Shown in pieces: positions 42,131 to 56,859 of a DNA stretch of 64,000 nucleotides (within the stretch, counting starts at the first letter, position 1; each line of letters starts with the position of its first letter). Made by a program: the position numbers and the translations under genes. The notes below the pieces were generated by a model that saw only the letters and a program-made list of their open reading frames with translations, was not told where the DNA came from and searched no databases. Where the stretch lies: NCBI GenBank assembly GCA_951406725.2, contig OX597832.1:32612001-32676000 (forward strand), written 5' to 3'. Origin of the DNA: Octopus vulgaris. Its lineage: Eukaryota.

Positions 42131-42689
42131 GTTATTATGATCATCATCATTATTATTGATTTCGCTATTTTTGTTGGTTTGGCTCCTTCTCATTTTCATT
42201 GGTAAATATAATATATAAAGTGGTTCCAGTATAATATTTGTGTGTATGTGTGTGTGTTTGTGTGTATGTGTGGGTGTGTATGCGTATGTATCCGTGTCCG
42301 TGTGCCCGCGCGCCTCTGTATGTATACGTCTGCCTGGATATTGTTTAACGTTATGTTTCGTTTTGTTTCTTGCTTCAGACATGGCTAAACATTTTCCGAT
42401 CGCGTCAGTGATTTTACCGCAAAGATGATCGATAATAAAGACTCATATATTTTCCTCTCTTTGTCACTTTTTCTTCTTTTTTTTTTTTTACCTTTTATTT
42501 TTGTTGGAGATCATGACAAAAGAGTGTATATAACAAGGAAGCTGGCTGAAGCAATTCTACTTTCGGGGCTAAAAATGGGGAGAATGCTAAAAGTGTCCCC
42601 GGCAATTATCATTTTTTCTCTTAATTCTTCTGTTCCAACGTGACATTCTTTATCGTAGGCAAGGTTGATTTAGCAGCCGCAGAGCGATC

Positions 42690-42731
<42 letters not shown>

Positions 42732-42738
42732 ATGAATG

Positions 42739-42769
<31 letters not shown>

Positions 42770-42926
42770 ATATATATACGTATATGGAGATAGAGTGAAT
42801 ACAAGAGAAGTGGACAGATGGCGATAGTAGATACAGACATATAGTTCTATGCATACAAGCATATATACACATATATACATTTGTACATATTCACATTCAG
42901 ATATATATATAAACTGATTAGTTTTT

Positions 42927-43063
<137 letters not shown>

Positions 43064-43352
43064 GACGAGGTGGTATGAAACATTTCCTAGACTAGGTCTG
43101 TAGAGCACCAATAGATGGCAGCACACGGTTGAGTGTACATTGAGAGCTGGCACAGGTATTCATTGGTTGGTGTGCCGAATGACATCGCTGTGTTTACTTG
43201 TGTAGTTGTGAAATTTGAGATTTTGTGAACACATGTATGCTGTAGTCTGCGATTTTGTCATGGAGAAGAAGTTGGAAGAAAGAGACACTGAGCATGCTTG
43301 AGCAAGATTACGTCGACCAAGCAATGAGTCATACTCTATGTCTCGAATGATA
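43064..43352 (+). mobile_element. Mariner transposon left end with internally deleted transposase start
   Basis: TIR-like acgaggtggtatgaaacatttcctagactag follows (TA)n. Then ATG GAG AAG AAG TTG GAA and ETLSMLEQDYVDQAMS. Confidence 0.65.
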
Positions 43353-43554
43353 CGTTTTCCCTTGTTCCTGTATTCCTTGCCCCTCCCCTTATTTATACAT
43401 TGATGATCAAGGTTTCTGTTTGACTCTAGGCTTCCATATTCTGTTCTCTTCGTCTGGTGAAAGACTGATACCTGTATAGTTAAATAATTATCATTATCAC
43501 TCTCAGTAAAAGTAGTTCCATTGTTATCAACTTAAATTATTCCCGAGAACTCCA

Positions 43555-44180
43555 TTTCAAATTTTGGCACAACGCCAGCAATTTCAAGATCAGGGATTAG
43601 TGGATTACGTTGCCAACAGTGCACAACTGGTAATTATTTGTGCATAACTGTTACTTATTTTAACCGGTACTTATTCTTCGGCGAAATTCGAAATCGGGAA
43701 GTAAAGACGAGTGAAAAGCCACATAACATTTTTCCCGGTTTGCTCGCCGCAGTTTAATGTCGAATGTGCTCACTCTAAGCGCCAATGTGTGTCTGTTTAT
43801 GTCTTTCATTGTCTACATGTTTATCTTATACTTGTTTCAGTGGCCATGCTGTAACACCGCCTCGGAAAATCTAAGTCGATCAAATCCTCCTCATTACTTT
43901 TCCCTTTTTTGAAGTTTGGTAGTTTATCAGTTAGCGTTTGCCAAACCGCTAGTGTAAACACTAAACAAACCAACACTGGTTACGAATCAGTGAGGGGGAG
44001 TGACAAAGACACAGAGAAAGAAACAAACGGGCACATATTCAACAGTCTTCCCAACAGCTTCCTTCGCCAATTTTCTTCACAAGGCCATGGTAGACACAGG
44101 ACTATAGACGAAGACACGTGCAAGGCCTGAACCCGAAACCGCATGGCTGCAAAGTGACATTTTTTTACCCATGCAGCTAT
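43555..44180 (-). mobile_element. Cluster of decayed SINE fragments
   Basis: Contains degenerate versions of motifs in the SINEs at 32680, 47257 and 53815. Confidence 0.5.
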
Positions 44181-44314
44181 ACCAATCTTAGTAGGTCTAT
44201 GTTTGTATATGCCTAACTATATGATTATGAACAAGCGTATATATAAGTATCTGCATGTACTTATAACGAAACAGATATTACGAAATATAAATGAAAAGAA
44301 AAAAGAAAGACAAA

Positions 44315-44369
<55 letters not shown>

Positions 44370-44891
44370 GCAAACAGTTTTAATGGAAATATGGCGATGG
44401 AGCTTGTATAGTAGAAAAAATGGTGGATTTCATATGGAAATTATTTCGTATTCTTTGCCACGAATGCGAAAATCAATCTCTGAACTTTTAAACTACATTC
44501 CTGCTAACCCTGCGACATTGCTAATTATCTTAACAAATTCCAACAAAGAAGCGAACTGTTTCAACCTCTATGATTACGCGAAATATCTTCTTTTGTGCTT
44601 CTCAAACAATTGCAATTATATAGTAGGTCAAATAACAGGTATTCTTGTAATATTATACCGAACATAGATTTGATATTGTAATATAATACCGAACATAGAT
44701 TTTGAAAAGCTTTCGATTCATCTGCTAACATCGTATTATCATCGTATTAGTTTACACTCTGTGACGAGGATCTTCCTATGAAGATTACAATTCGGTTTCT
44801 CTCACGCTCTCTTTCTCTTTCTTTCTTCTCTTATCTCTTTCTTTCTGTCTCTCTCTCACTCTCTCTATCTATCTCTCTGCCACTCCGTCCA

Positions 44892-44976
<85 letters not shown>

Positions 44977-45171
44977 GTCTGCCAGTCTGTCTGTGTGACT
45001 GCCTATCTCTAATCTTTTAATTTATACTTTCTGCACAGTAATTCCCCATTGTTCCCTAATCCAGGATTTTTCACTGACACCTTAAACCTTACGCGCATAT
45101 GTTTGTACATATATTTATATATATATATATATATATAATATATAATATTCAAATATATATATCATATATAA

Positions 45172-45246
<75 letters not shown>

Positions 45247-45306
45247 CATATATGTACACCTTTGTGTGTGTGTATATATAAATATATGTGCATGTGTGCG
45301 TGCTTG

Positions 45307-45371
<65 letters not shown>

Positions 45372-45535
45372 ATATATATATATATGAATATAATTAAGAG
45401 GAACAGAAAGTAGAGAAAGAAGGAGGGAGGGAGAAATGCACACATAAGCATGTATAATTAAATGTATGCATTTCCATTTTTGTGTGTGCGTTTTGCATGT
45501 TTATGTAAAGATCATTGTTTCTGATCAGCAGTTTA

Positions 45536-45597
<62 letters not shown>

Positions 45598-45963
45598 CGT
45601 GTGTAAGCTGTAAATGATTATTCATGTAAGGTTTAAAACGCGAAGAATCAGCTTTGGATTTTAGTGTAATTACATTCTTAGAATATCTGTGTATTTCATT
45701 GATTATTATAGTGTTGTTGTTGTTATTTTTGTTGGGGTTAGAAACAAAGGCAATGGATGACGAGGAATGTGAGACATAGAGTCAATCTACACAACCTATA
45801 TTAGCATCAGAAATCGGAATATAGGATTCGGTTGCTGCAAATTGAACCACGTGACAATTCGTAACACAATCATTTTTAACGGAATGAATGTTATATTCGA
45901 ACTAATTCGATTGACCACGCATCCGAGGGATTGGGAGGCGAGCGATTTCTGCATTTTATATTA

Positions 45964-46028
<65 letters not shown>

Positions 46029-46225
46029 TATGCATACATAGATATATAATACATAACCTTCCACACACATACTCGCGGACATTTGCAAAAATGAGTAGAA
46101 ATAGGTTTTCTGATAATTTTTGCATATTAAGTAGATGTTTGTAAATTATTGAAATGTAAATATTCTCAGAAAAGTAATTTCTATTCATCGTTTCAAATAT
46201 ACAATTCTGTACTCCCAGGATTTCT

Positions 46226-46443
<218 letters not shown>

Positions 46444-47256
46444 AAATTAAAAAATAACAATAATAATCAACAAGTGGACATGATATGTATTAGTTTAACA
46501 CTCGGTAGGATCTGAGAGTTTTTGTTTCCTGCATGGCTCTTCGTCGGAAAAGAAAAAGGAAAAGAGGAAAGTTTAAAGAAAGGAGAAAAAACACCAACGT
46601 GTATGTAGTTACATTGAACTGCAATATACATACGATACGTACATACATAAATAAACACGGAACAGGTTTTTGAGAAAATTTATGTTAAAAAAATATGGGA
46701 GTTCCTTATACATGGATAGTATCATAATCCCTTACAAAACCTTTTTTCCAAATTTTAAGACCACAAAATTACGCTAAAATACCGTATATATATCGGCCAA
46801 ATATCTTTGAGTGGGACGAGAAATTAAAGATATATTGTGGAAATCAATTGCCACGAACGTGGTTACAAGGTACAAATATCAAAAAGAGAAAGCAGAGTAA
46901 GCAAACATCTATGGACATTTCATAAGGAGTTTGCCAATCCAGGTCTCATGGTACTCTTTAGCTTCGCATCTATTATCATTGGAACAACAGGGTACGTGCC
47001 AACCATTTTGGAGCTATGTATGGCAAAAATTAAGATTTGGGGAGAAGATGCAGTTCTTCATTCATATGGTATAAATGATTACACTATTTGGGACTATAAA
47101 ATTACATCTTAAGACTTACTTAAAATCTTAAGACTTTCTTAAGATTGAAAGAATGAAGTTCAAAACATGATACTTTCTTTCACAACCTTGCTCTCATGTA
47201 GTTTGCAGGTCAAAATTTACTCTAAATTCAAAATAGAAAGAGAACATGCAAACATA

Positions 47257-47405
47257 CAGGCGTCGCTGTGCGGTAAGAAGCTTGGAACCCAACCACATGC
47301 TTCCGGGTTAAGTCCAACTACATGGCAGCTTGGGCAAATGTCTTCTACTAAAGCCTCGGGCCGACCGAAGCGTTCTGAGTGGATTTGGTAGGCCGAAACA
47401 TATAT

Positions 47406-47441
<36 letters not shown>

Positions 47442-47657
47442 ATGTATATGTTTGTGTGTCTTTGTACCCCCACCATCGCTTGGCGGATGATGTTGGTGTG
47501 TTTACGTCACCGTACCTTAGCGGTTCGGCGAAAAGACCAATAGAATAAGTACTAGGCTTACAAAGAATAAGTTCTGAGGTGAATTAGTTCGATTGAAGGC
47601 GGTGCTCCAGCGTGGCCGCAGTCAAATTCCTGAGAAAAGTAAAAGAATAAAAGAATG
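47257..47657 (+). mobile_element. tRNA-derived SINE with internal (TG)n and (AAAAGAAT)n tail
   Basis: Head ggcgtcgctgtgcggtaagaagcttg..ccgggttaagtcc, body cttgggcaaatgtcttctacta, 3' ggcggtgctccagcgtggccgcagtc..gtaaaagaataaaagaat. Confidence 0.8.
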
Positions 47658-47945
47658 CACTGTAAAAGTGCCACGCGAAAAGATGTTGGTAGAGGAAGAT
47701 GGTAAGCGGCGAGTCTGTCCACAGCTTGTATAGAGGACACAAAGCGGATAATACACGATCAAAGAATTATAATAACCGGCGCGTGATATACAGTTTGTTC
47801 GATATTTAAATGGACGGAAATTTCAATAAGATGTCCGCCACTATACAATTCACGCTTTAGCATGAATTATTACTAATTATGAGAATATAAATCAAATATA
47901 ACTCGAATACACACACACACACATACTTGCACACATATATGTGTG

Positions 47946-47997
<52 letters not shown>

Positions 47998-48418
47998 AGT
48001 TGGGATGCTTGTGTGTGTGTGCGTGCGTGCGACTGTGTGTGTGTGTATCCGTCCGTCCGTGTGTGCCCCTGTGAGTTCCTTTTAGTTTTGTCTGAATTAT
48101 TTTGGGCATGAAATACAGAGACAGGGTTATTATACAATCGCAAATACCAGCGGCCGATGAAGCAAAGATGAAGACTAAGTGAGAGAATAAGGCGGTAGGA
48201 GGAAGGGAGAGAGAGAGAGGTAGATAAGAGAGAGAGAGTGAAATGGGTGAAACTAAAAGATGTAAACAGAAAAAGACAACCAAAAGATCAAACAAAATGT
48301 GTTATCTTTGTCGACGTAGGTCCACAATCAAAAGTGATATAAAATAGAGAGTATTTGCTGGTCTCTGTACATCACTCTTTCATGTGTATATACGATACAT
48401 TGATTTTAATGTTTGGCT

Positions 48419-48542
48419 AAGGCGGCGAGCTGGCAGACACGGTAGCACGCCGGGCGAAATGCTTAGCGGTATTTCGCCTGCCGCTACGTTCTGAGTTCAA
48501 ATTCCGCCGAGGTCGACTTTGCCTTTCATCCTTTCGGGGTCG
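48419..48542 (+). mobile_element. tRNA-derived SINE 5' part, well preserved
   Basis: GGCGGCGAGCTGGCAGACACGGTAGCACGCCGGGCG...GAGTTCAAATTCCGCCGAGGTCGACTTTGCCTTTCATCCTTTCGGGGTCG with A and B boxes. Confidence 0.85.
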
Positions 48543-48661
48543 TGAGGGGAAAAGTTTCGCTTTTCGTCAGAGCAACAAAGGTATTAGACACATCTGTCAG
48601 TGGTTACAACGTGTAACATGATCTCCAATAATCATTGACTGATCAAACTCGACGATCAGGA

Positions 48662-48740
<79 letters not shown>

Positions 48741-49857
48741 CAATTATCAATAAGGGCAAACCGATTCATGGGCATCTATATTTCTATGAATTTCGGTTAG
48801 CTTTCTTTCCTTGTTTCGGCACCTGGTGTAATAATATAAGTGAAAATATTTTATGTGGTTAGACGATTTAGCCTCTAATTTCCAGCATATTGGAGAAGAA
48901 GAATTGCTTTTTTTCTTTTTGCCCTTATTTATTATTCGGTAGAGAAAAACTGAAACAAGTAAGTCCTCTCTGTGTGTATATATATGTATATATGTGTGTG
49001 TGTGTATGTTTGTGCATGTGTGTGTGTCTGGGTGTGCTTTCAAGTCTGTGCATATATGTGTATATGTGCGTGTATTTTCATGTGTTGCATGTGTATGTAT
49101 GTGCGTGTGTGCATGTTTGTGCATGCATGTGTGTGTGTGTGTCCTTGTGCCTGTATTTGTCGCCGACCACTGCTTGATATCTAGCGTTCGCGTGTTCCCG
49201 TCCGATTCGGTAAAATAGACATTGGAAAATCTATCAGAGTGAAAGAAAAACAAAAGTTCTACGGTCGATTCTTTCGATAAAACACTATTTATGGTGGTGC
49301 TCCAGCTTGGTCGCACTCTAATGACTGAAGCAAGTCAAAGATTATAGATAACAAACATCTATGGTTTCAGATAATGTATTGTCATCAGCAGCGCAGGAAT
49401 CAGAACATAAACATCATTCTCACTTTTCACCCCGTCTCTCTCAAGTTTCCAATGAACAGCAATTCCAATTTGATATTGCCTGAATTTTGTTTAGAAAGGC
49501 TTTTTGTATTCAACTTGGTGGTTATTCATTCAACCATTCACTGATTTATTCTGTTTCCTACCTAGAAAGTGACGAATTCTTGTGCGGAGATAAGCTTCAC
49601 GTTTTTAATGATGCACCTGAATAGCAAAATACCTGGGGTGATTTTTCGTCCCTCCCCGACGTTCATTTTGGTTTGCGTACAGCAATCCGTAACAGATAGT
49701 ATGTCAGGAAGAATAGGTACTATCTGTGTATATACATTTGTTATGCTATATACATATCTATTTTACTTGTAATACAGCCCTAATTGCATGTATACCCACA
49801 GACACAGGAAGACAGACAGACAGACACACACACACACGCACACAGACACAAAAATGG

Positions 49858-50165
49858 CAGTCCGTCGGTTACGACAAGAAGTGCTCCACTTGATCCGATC
49901 AACGGAACAGCCTGCACATGAAATTAACATGCACGTGGTTGAGCATTCCACAAACACATGTACTCTTAACGCTGTTCTCTAGGAGATTTAGCGTGGAACA
50001 GAATGGGACCAGGTTTGCCCTTGAGAATTATAGGTATTGCTCATTTTTGCCAGCAGAGTCGACTGCGACAAGGTAAAACGAAATGTCTTGCTCAGGGACT
50101 CAACGCGTCACCGGGAATTGAACTCACGACATTAAGATCATGACCTAGATATACTAAGCTACACG
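49858..50165 (-). mobile_element. CORE-type SINE (copy of 39995-40270)
   Basis: Reverse-complement similarity to 39995-40270, including gggaattgaactc (B box) and aatgtcttgctcaggga. Confidence 0.75.
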
Positions 50166-50269
50166 CTTTCAAACACACACATACACAAACACACACACGC
50201 GCGTGTGCTTATGTATATATGAATATATGTATGCATGCATGCATGCATGTATGTGTGTGTGTATGTATA

Positions 50270-50610
50270 TTATGGGCGACGTATGAGCACTTACCTTTGG
50301 CCGAACGACCTGTACAAATGGTTTGTTTTTTAGTGATCAAGTTTTCGTGCCTCACCTTAGCTCACTCTCTCCACCAAATAGACGTTGTCTGAACAAGTGC
50401 ACGATGTGCCACGCGTCAGGTGTCGAAGTCATAATAGAACCATTGGAGATGTTTTTCCCAACGCAGAAACTAGAAGAGCTACTCAGATGTTTTGCAAGCT
50501 TTTCCAAATGCTTTACAGTGCTGGAAACCCTTTTGTACCGTCAGCAAGAATTTAACTCAGAGTCACACGTGTTTCGCCCTTTAGCCTGCTTCATTCGTCT
50601 GAGCAGGTAG
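50270..50610 (-). mobile_element. Possible mariner/Tc1 right-end remnant
   Basis: Weak similarity to the mariner C-terminal G...LVKRWEKC region on the minus strand, and a TA-flanked end at about 50270. Confidence 0.35.
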
Positions 50611-52447
50611 TGAAAACTAAACTACACTTCACCTTCAATGACAAAGAGAATGAGAGAGGGGGAGATATAAAGGGGGAGAAGGGTGAGAGAGATGTGAGAG
50701 AGGGGAGAGAGAGAAGAGAGAGAGAGAGAGCCATAAAAACACTCGAAGACAGGAGAACCGATTTTCTTTTGACTAAAACATATTACTGTAACATTTTCTT
50801 CGTCATGATCATCCTCGATATACTCTCTATATTTCTCTCTCTTTCGCTCTCATACACACGAAATATTTTTTTCATTAATTCTATTGAAATACGATTCTTT
50901 TGCACATCTATTTCCAAAATTAATATTTTATAAACGCTATTTTCGTTTCCCTCTTATTTCTTCCATTATTTATTCTGATATTGTTCACTGTAACATTTTT
51001 CTATTTATTTCAATGGATGTTTCAGTTAGAAACCATTGAAAATAAATATAGGATATACTAAAAAGTGGCATTAGTCTCAATGTATAGTTTTTTTTTTCTC
51101 TTTTGTGTACACAGTGAAATGTTCCGTGCAGCTGAGTCGATATATAATGCATTTGATTCGATATATTTTTTCCTGTTCTCCAATCGAAATTATTTGGATT
51201 TCGTTGCTTCACTTATTATTTAATCGTTTCACAAAATGTGTAAATTATTTAACGTAAACGAAATCGAAAACGAGATTTTACTCTACGCTGGTGCATTTAA
51301 TGATTACTGGATTCTGTTTAACTTTGTGTTCGCTGCTCTACATCAAGTATCTGTTAGCTTTACATTGAGAAACTAGTTCTTGTAAGCTTTCCGAATTATC
51401 GCACTTTAATGAAAGAAAATGGCAGATTATCACAGAATGAAAGAAGGCGTAGAGCACTATTAAAGATAAAAGTGTGTGGATTGCATGTAATATCTAAAGC
51501 AAATAGAAAGTAACCGTTTGTAATTAATATAAAATTAAGATTGGAAATTAACCAGTAAATTGCGGTCGAGATCAAATGCCTGTCTTCTGTTCTTCGAATA
51601 ATCCAGCGGCAAGTGATGTCAAGAAGCAAACATCTTCAAGCGTGACAGATTGAAACCATGGGTACTATTCAACCACCTCGTTCTTGGTCTACCCCAAGAT
51701 ATAGACAGAGACACTCTCAGTCATAATAGAGATATGAACACGCGTACAAACACATATACGGAAATATAAGACCATATACACACATAGAGATATACAAATT
51801 ATTATGTTCGCACAAACCATTGTCTGAATGAAAGGTGCTCAAACATTTTATACCTGTGCAGCCAATTGAATTCCCATTTTACTCAGGGGCAAGGGCCCAT
51901 AAAATCTTTCGATGTCTAAAAACTCCTATTATATTTTTATAGATTAATATTGAGAATTTTATATAAAGTTTTGAAAATATTTTGCGTATTGTAATATTAT
52001 AATCGCATATGGCTCATGAATTTTAACAACCTAGACCTGAAAGTGGTGCGGAAGTATGGATACGTTTTATATCATTTTAGGGAGCTGGGGCTCTGTCAGT
52101 TTTTGGTGTTCTTTCCATTTTGAGCGGAGTTATATAATTGAGTAGTGTTTAGAGGCGACTCAGGTACGATAAAACAATAAATTCCAAAGCAGTATTCTTT
52201 TATCTCAGTCAATGGACAGCGGGTGAACTGGGCGCCGCCTTCAGAGATTTTCACCAAACATAACACCTCTATCACTTACTTATATATTTACGGATACTTA
52301 TGGTCCGTGTTAATTTAGGTTTTCATTCCTGCGCCTTAACTATAGCATTGGAGCGGTTTAACTCTTATATACAGCAATGTATGTGTCTCCTAACACCCTA
52401 GTCACATTTAGTGACATTTGTAATTCTTTTTTGGTTATATTAATTTC

Positions 52448-52487
<40 letters not shown>

Positions 52488-52563
52488 GTACATATATATA
52501 TGCATATATACATACATATATATGCATATGTATATACATATATATACATACACATATACATAC

Positions 52564-52648
<85 letters not shown>

Positions 52649-52657
52649 CATACATAC

Positions 52658-52708
<51 letters not shown>

Positions 52709-52866
52709 AATACATACATATATAATAATAATAATCATAATAAAAGACAGAGGTAGAGATGAAAGCAGAGTAAAGGTAAAAAGATTGGGGGCAGATAGAA
52801 AGCAAGAACTGCAGAAGTCAGAGACAAAGGAAGGGAATGTGTGTGTATATATTTATATATATATAT

Positions 52867-53547
52867 ACAAGAAAAAAGCAACAAGAATGGATTAGTTGTT
52901 CAGTACAATTGTTTCATACGAAGAACAGATTTATTAAAAACTGCAAATATTGCAGTAAATACACGTTCCCCGTATTCATCAGCCAAAACACATATGAGTT
53001 TTCAAAACATCCTAGGGGGTGAGGCTACCCTCATGAAGTATCGAAGAGAGTTCTATGAAAAGCAAAGTTAGATTGTAAGCAGACTTAAAATATTTTCTAA
53101 TGATGCACAGTTTTATATAAGGTTTTTAAAAAAGATTGTTAGCTTCACAGAAAAGGTAAATCCATCCATAATAATGCAGGTGTAATTTCCGGAGATATGA
53201 GGAGAGATTTTGTTCTCAGAGAAGATGAATGTATCCATATTAATGCAGATGTAAATTTCCTGATATATGAGGAGAAGATGTTGATCACACAACTATTCGT
53301 TTCGCAAAACTCAAAGAAGTTTTGCGAATTCATTTTGCTGCAATATTTGCAGCTTTTAATAAATCTGTTCTTCGTATGAAACAATTGAACTGAACAACTA
53401 ATCCATTCTTGTTGCTTTTTTCTTGTTTATAATTACCCCACATTATTTTATGGTTTATACCATAAAGATTTCTGCTGCATCTAAGTTAAGTACCACATTC
53501 ATGTGAATTCATTGGAACTCACTTGAATCTTAATTGTTTTACTGAAA
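52867..53547. mobile_element. Non-autonomous Penelope-like element in (TA)n with 93-bp inverted repeat
   Basis: Arms 52867-52959 and 53334-53426 differ at 3 positions. The left arm abuts (TA)n. The right arm continues about 120 bp to another (TA)n. The element contains a hammerhead. Confidence 0.75.
52898..52989 (-). ncRNA. Apparently intact type I hammerhead ribozyme
   Basis: UUUGG CUGAUGA AUACGGGGAAC...GUUCUUCGUAU GAAA CAAUUG UA|CUGAA. 5-bp stem I, 11-bp stem II, palindromic ACAAUUGU stem III and a canonical core. Confidence 0.85.
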
Positions 53548-53548
53548 T

Positions 53549-53597
<49 letters not shown>

Positions 53598-53814
53598 ATG
53601 TATATAGAGAGAGGGAGGCACAGTAAAATCTATTTGCCAACGTAAAGTGGCAGTCCTCATTAGGACAAGGTTACTGCCTTTTTTTTTTATCCCGATGAAA
53701 ACATCTTTTCCAGGTGGCTACCGACGCACATCTATGTTTTTATATCTCGAACAAGGGACCTAATGTCCCCACTCAGCACCTCCCTCTTTCTATATATATA
53801 TATATATATATATA

Positions 53815-53975
53815 TACGACGGGCTTCTTTCAGTTTCCGTCTCTCCCAAATCTCCTCACAAGACTTTGGTCGGACCGAGGCTATAGTAGAAGACACTTGC
53901 CCAAGGCAGTGGGACTGAACCCGGAGCCATGTGGTTGGTAAGCAAGCTACTTACCACACAGCCATTCCTGCACCT
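53815..53975 (-). mobile_element. tRNA-derived SINE 5' part
   Basis: ctatagtagaagacacttgcccaagg..gtgggactgaacccgga..cttaccacacagcca is the reverse of the SINE head seen at 47257. Confidence 0.8.
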
Positions 53976-53981
53976 AAATAT

Positions 53982-54014
<33 letters not shown>

Positions 54015-55275
54015 CTTGTATTGCATTCATCCTATTTTCTCCTCTTACATGTCTTTTTAGTCACAGGATTTCCGTAGAAACTAAATTAATTGATGCTTGC
54101 CTATTCAGAAATGTAATGTGAATCTTATTTCTGATTCGGTTTTTCACCAGTTTTGACCTGAACATGCATAGGATCGCAGTTATTTCGACCGTGACCATCA
54201 TGAGGTTTGGTATTATTCGCTTAGCCACGGGAATATTGCAGTGTCTAATACGCCATTTCCTTACGTAAAATTAATTTGCAGCGGTGTAATAGTAATTGTG
54301 TTACTATTTATAGCATGAATACAACAACATAGAAACACTCGTTGTCACATGATGAATCAACAGGATGTTATTCATGTCAATGGGAAACTGTTTGGGAAAA
54401 ACGCTTTCTTTTACTTCTCCTTTTCTTTTATAAAATTTTATTTATTTATTGTTATTTATTTTTTTTTTTTTAGTTGAATGTAGGTGTGCAGAAACAAACG
54501 AATCCCAGGAGCCAAAACTGAGATAAAGCAATGATTCGTGTATTTCTTAAGAAAAAGATTCCTTTGGGGGAAGAAACAATGAATTGTTTCAGAAAACCCT
54601 GAGAAAAAACTAGATTTTTAAGGTCTGTTTGATCATGAAAGAATTTTAACAGGGATTGCCAATTCTCTGAAAAACGAAATTAATGTAACATGAAATTGTT
54701 CATCGGGAATTTTCAGTTTTTCCTTTTTGTCGCAATAACAGTTTCTTGCGTTAAATTTGTCTGAACTTTGTCTTTGGTGAATTCTTCCTGTGTTTTCTTT
54801 GTCTCCCTTCATTATTTAGATTCAAGTAGGTGGTTGGTCTTTGAGTGCGCCTAACTGGTCATTCTGAGAACAAAACTCATACCTAGTAGTGTCCTGTGTA
54901 CAGTGGTATTGTGTATGTATGTATGTATGTATGTATGTATGTATATATATATGTGAGCGTATTTGTATATGTATATATATACATACATATATGCAAAAGC
55001 ATACACAAATATATATGTATCTATCTATCTGTGTAAGTATACATACACAAGTATATATATGTATATATATATATATAGTATGAAAATTAATTCCTCAACT
55101 TACTGGGAAAAATTCAATTTAACAATTTTAAATCAAATTTCACAATATTTACTACTATTTACTATTTATTGTACTTTATTGATTTTTAAAATAGTTTTTT
55201 TTTATTATATGTTTTCTATATGGTGTGAATAATATCTTTCTTTATTGAATTGTTTAATAGTGGTTTTTCTCAAAT

Positions 55276-55344
<69 letters not shown>

Positions 55345-55938
55345 ATTTTATTATATAGTCATGACAGAGTTAAATAGATACCCAATAAAACTTTGCTTTA
55401 TTTTCATTTTAACTTGAAAGTGTCTATATTTCTTATTGACATTTTAATGTTCCGGGTTCTATATGAGACTATTATATCAGACCACATAGAAAAGAAGCCA
55501 TGGAACTGAATTTGAAAGATGCCTTATTGAGGGTAATTCTGAAGGTGGACATAGCGTAAAATCACTGAAAACCTACGGTAAATAGAGAAATTGTGCAATT
55601 CACCGGAGAGACCAAAGAGTCCACATCACTTTGTTCAGGTTGACCAGGGCCCTCTAACAGGACCCTTCTCTTTGTTAAGAGAGGTGTGGACAGTAATCTT
55701 CGTTGCAAGACATCTGACATTACAGAACAAGTTGATGTCTGTCCTAGGACATCTGTCAGTTATCTCCACTAACTTGGTTACTATGGCAGAGCTGCAGGAA
55801 ACAAGCCACTCCTTCGACCAGTCAACATCGAGCGAAGAAAAGATTAGGCCAATGAGAAAGTGGTGTGGCTACTAGCATTTGTTTCAACACGGGATTTTAC
55901 ACATGAATCTTGCAAAACAAATTGATAATTGATAAACG

Positions 55939-56008
<70 letters not shown>

Positions 56009-56019
56009 AAAAGATAGAT

Positions 56020-56111
<92 letters not shown>

Positions 56112-56623
56112 GTATACAGATATCTGTACACACATATTTATTTATACATGAATGTGTGTATAAATACACATATACAAAATGAGATAATTATGAAAATAAG
56201 CAAATAAAACTGCTTGGGTTTGATGTACAAACTATATATTTACACATGTACAAGTAAATAACGAAAAACAAGGACCGAAAACATTCATACGAGGAATATT
56301 GAAGTATGAATATTGAAGTATGAATATAAATGGATATTCAATATATTAAGAGAGCAAACTTCTACAGAGTAGAAAAGACAGAAAAAAAACTTAGAAGGGA
56401 GAAAAGCACGGTGTTACACATTCCAACGGTATGATGTAACACCGGGGTTGTAGGACTTGTAACACTCACAGGTATCATTACCGTCAACCTCCTCCTCCTC
56501 TTCATCATCATTGTCAACAAAAACCAATTGATTGAAGTAACTACAACTAAAATGTACGAATTTCGAATATAAAATGCCAGTCCATGACGATGATCGTGTT
56601 GATTATGCTATTGATGATGCTAC

Positions 56624-56669
<46 letters not shown>

Positions 56670-56859
56670 AATGATGATGAGGGTGATTATAATTATTTTT
56701 ACTATCTATCTATATGTATACATACATAAACACACACATTCGAACACACACACACACATTCGAACACGTAGACGAAGGCGCACAAAGACTGTAATAAACA
56801 GGAAGACAATTATTGCTCAATCTAATAAATGTCATTTTCTTTTGGTTTGCTGTAAAATG

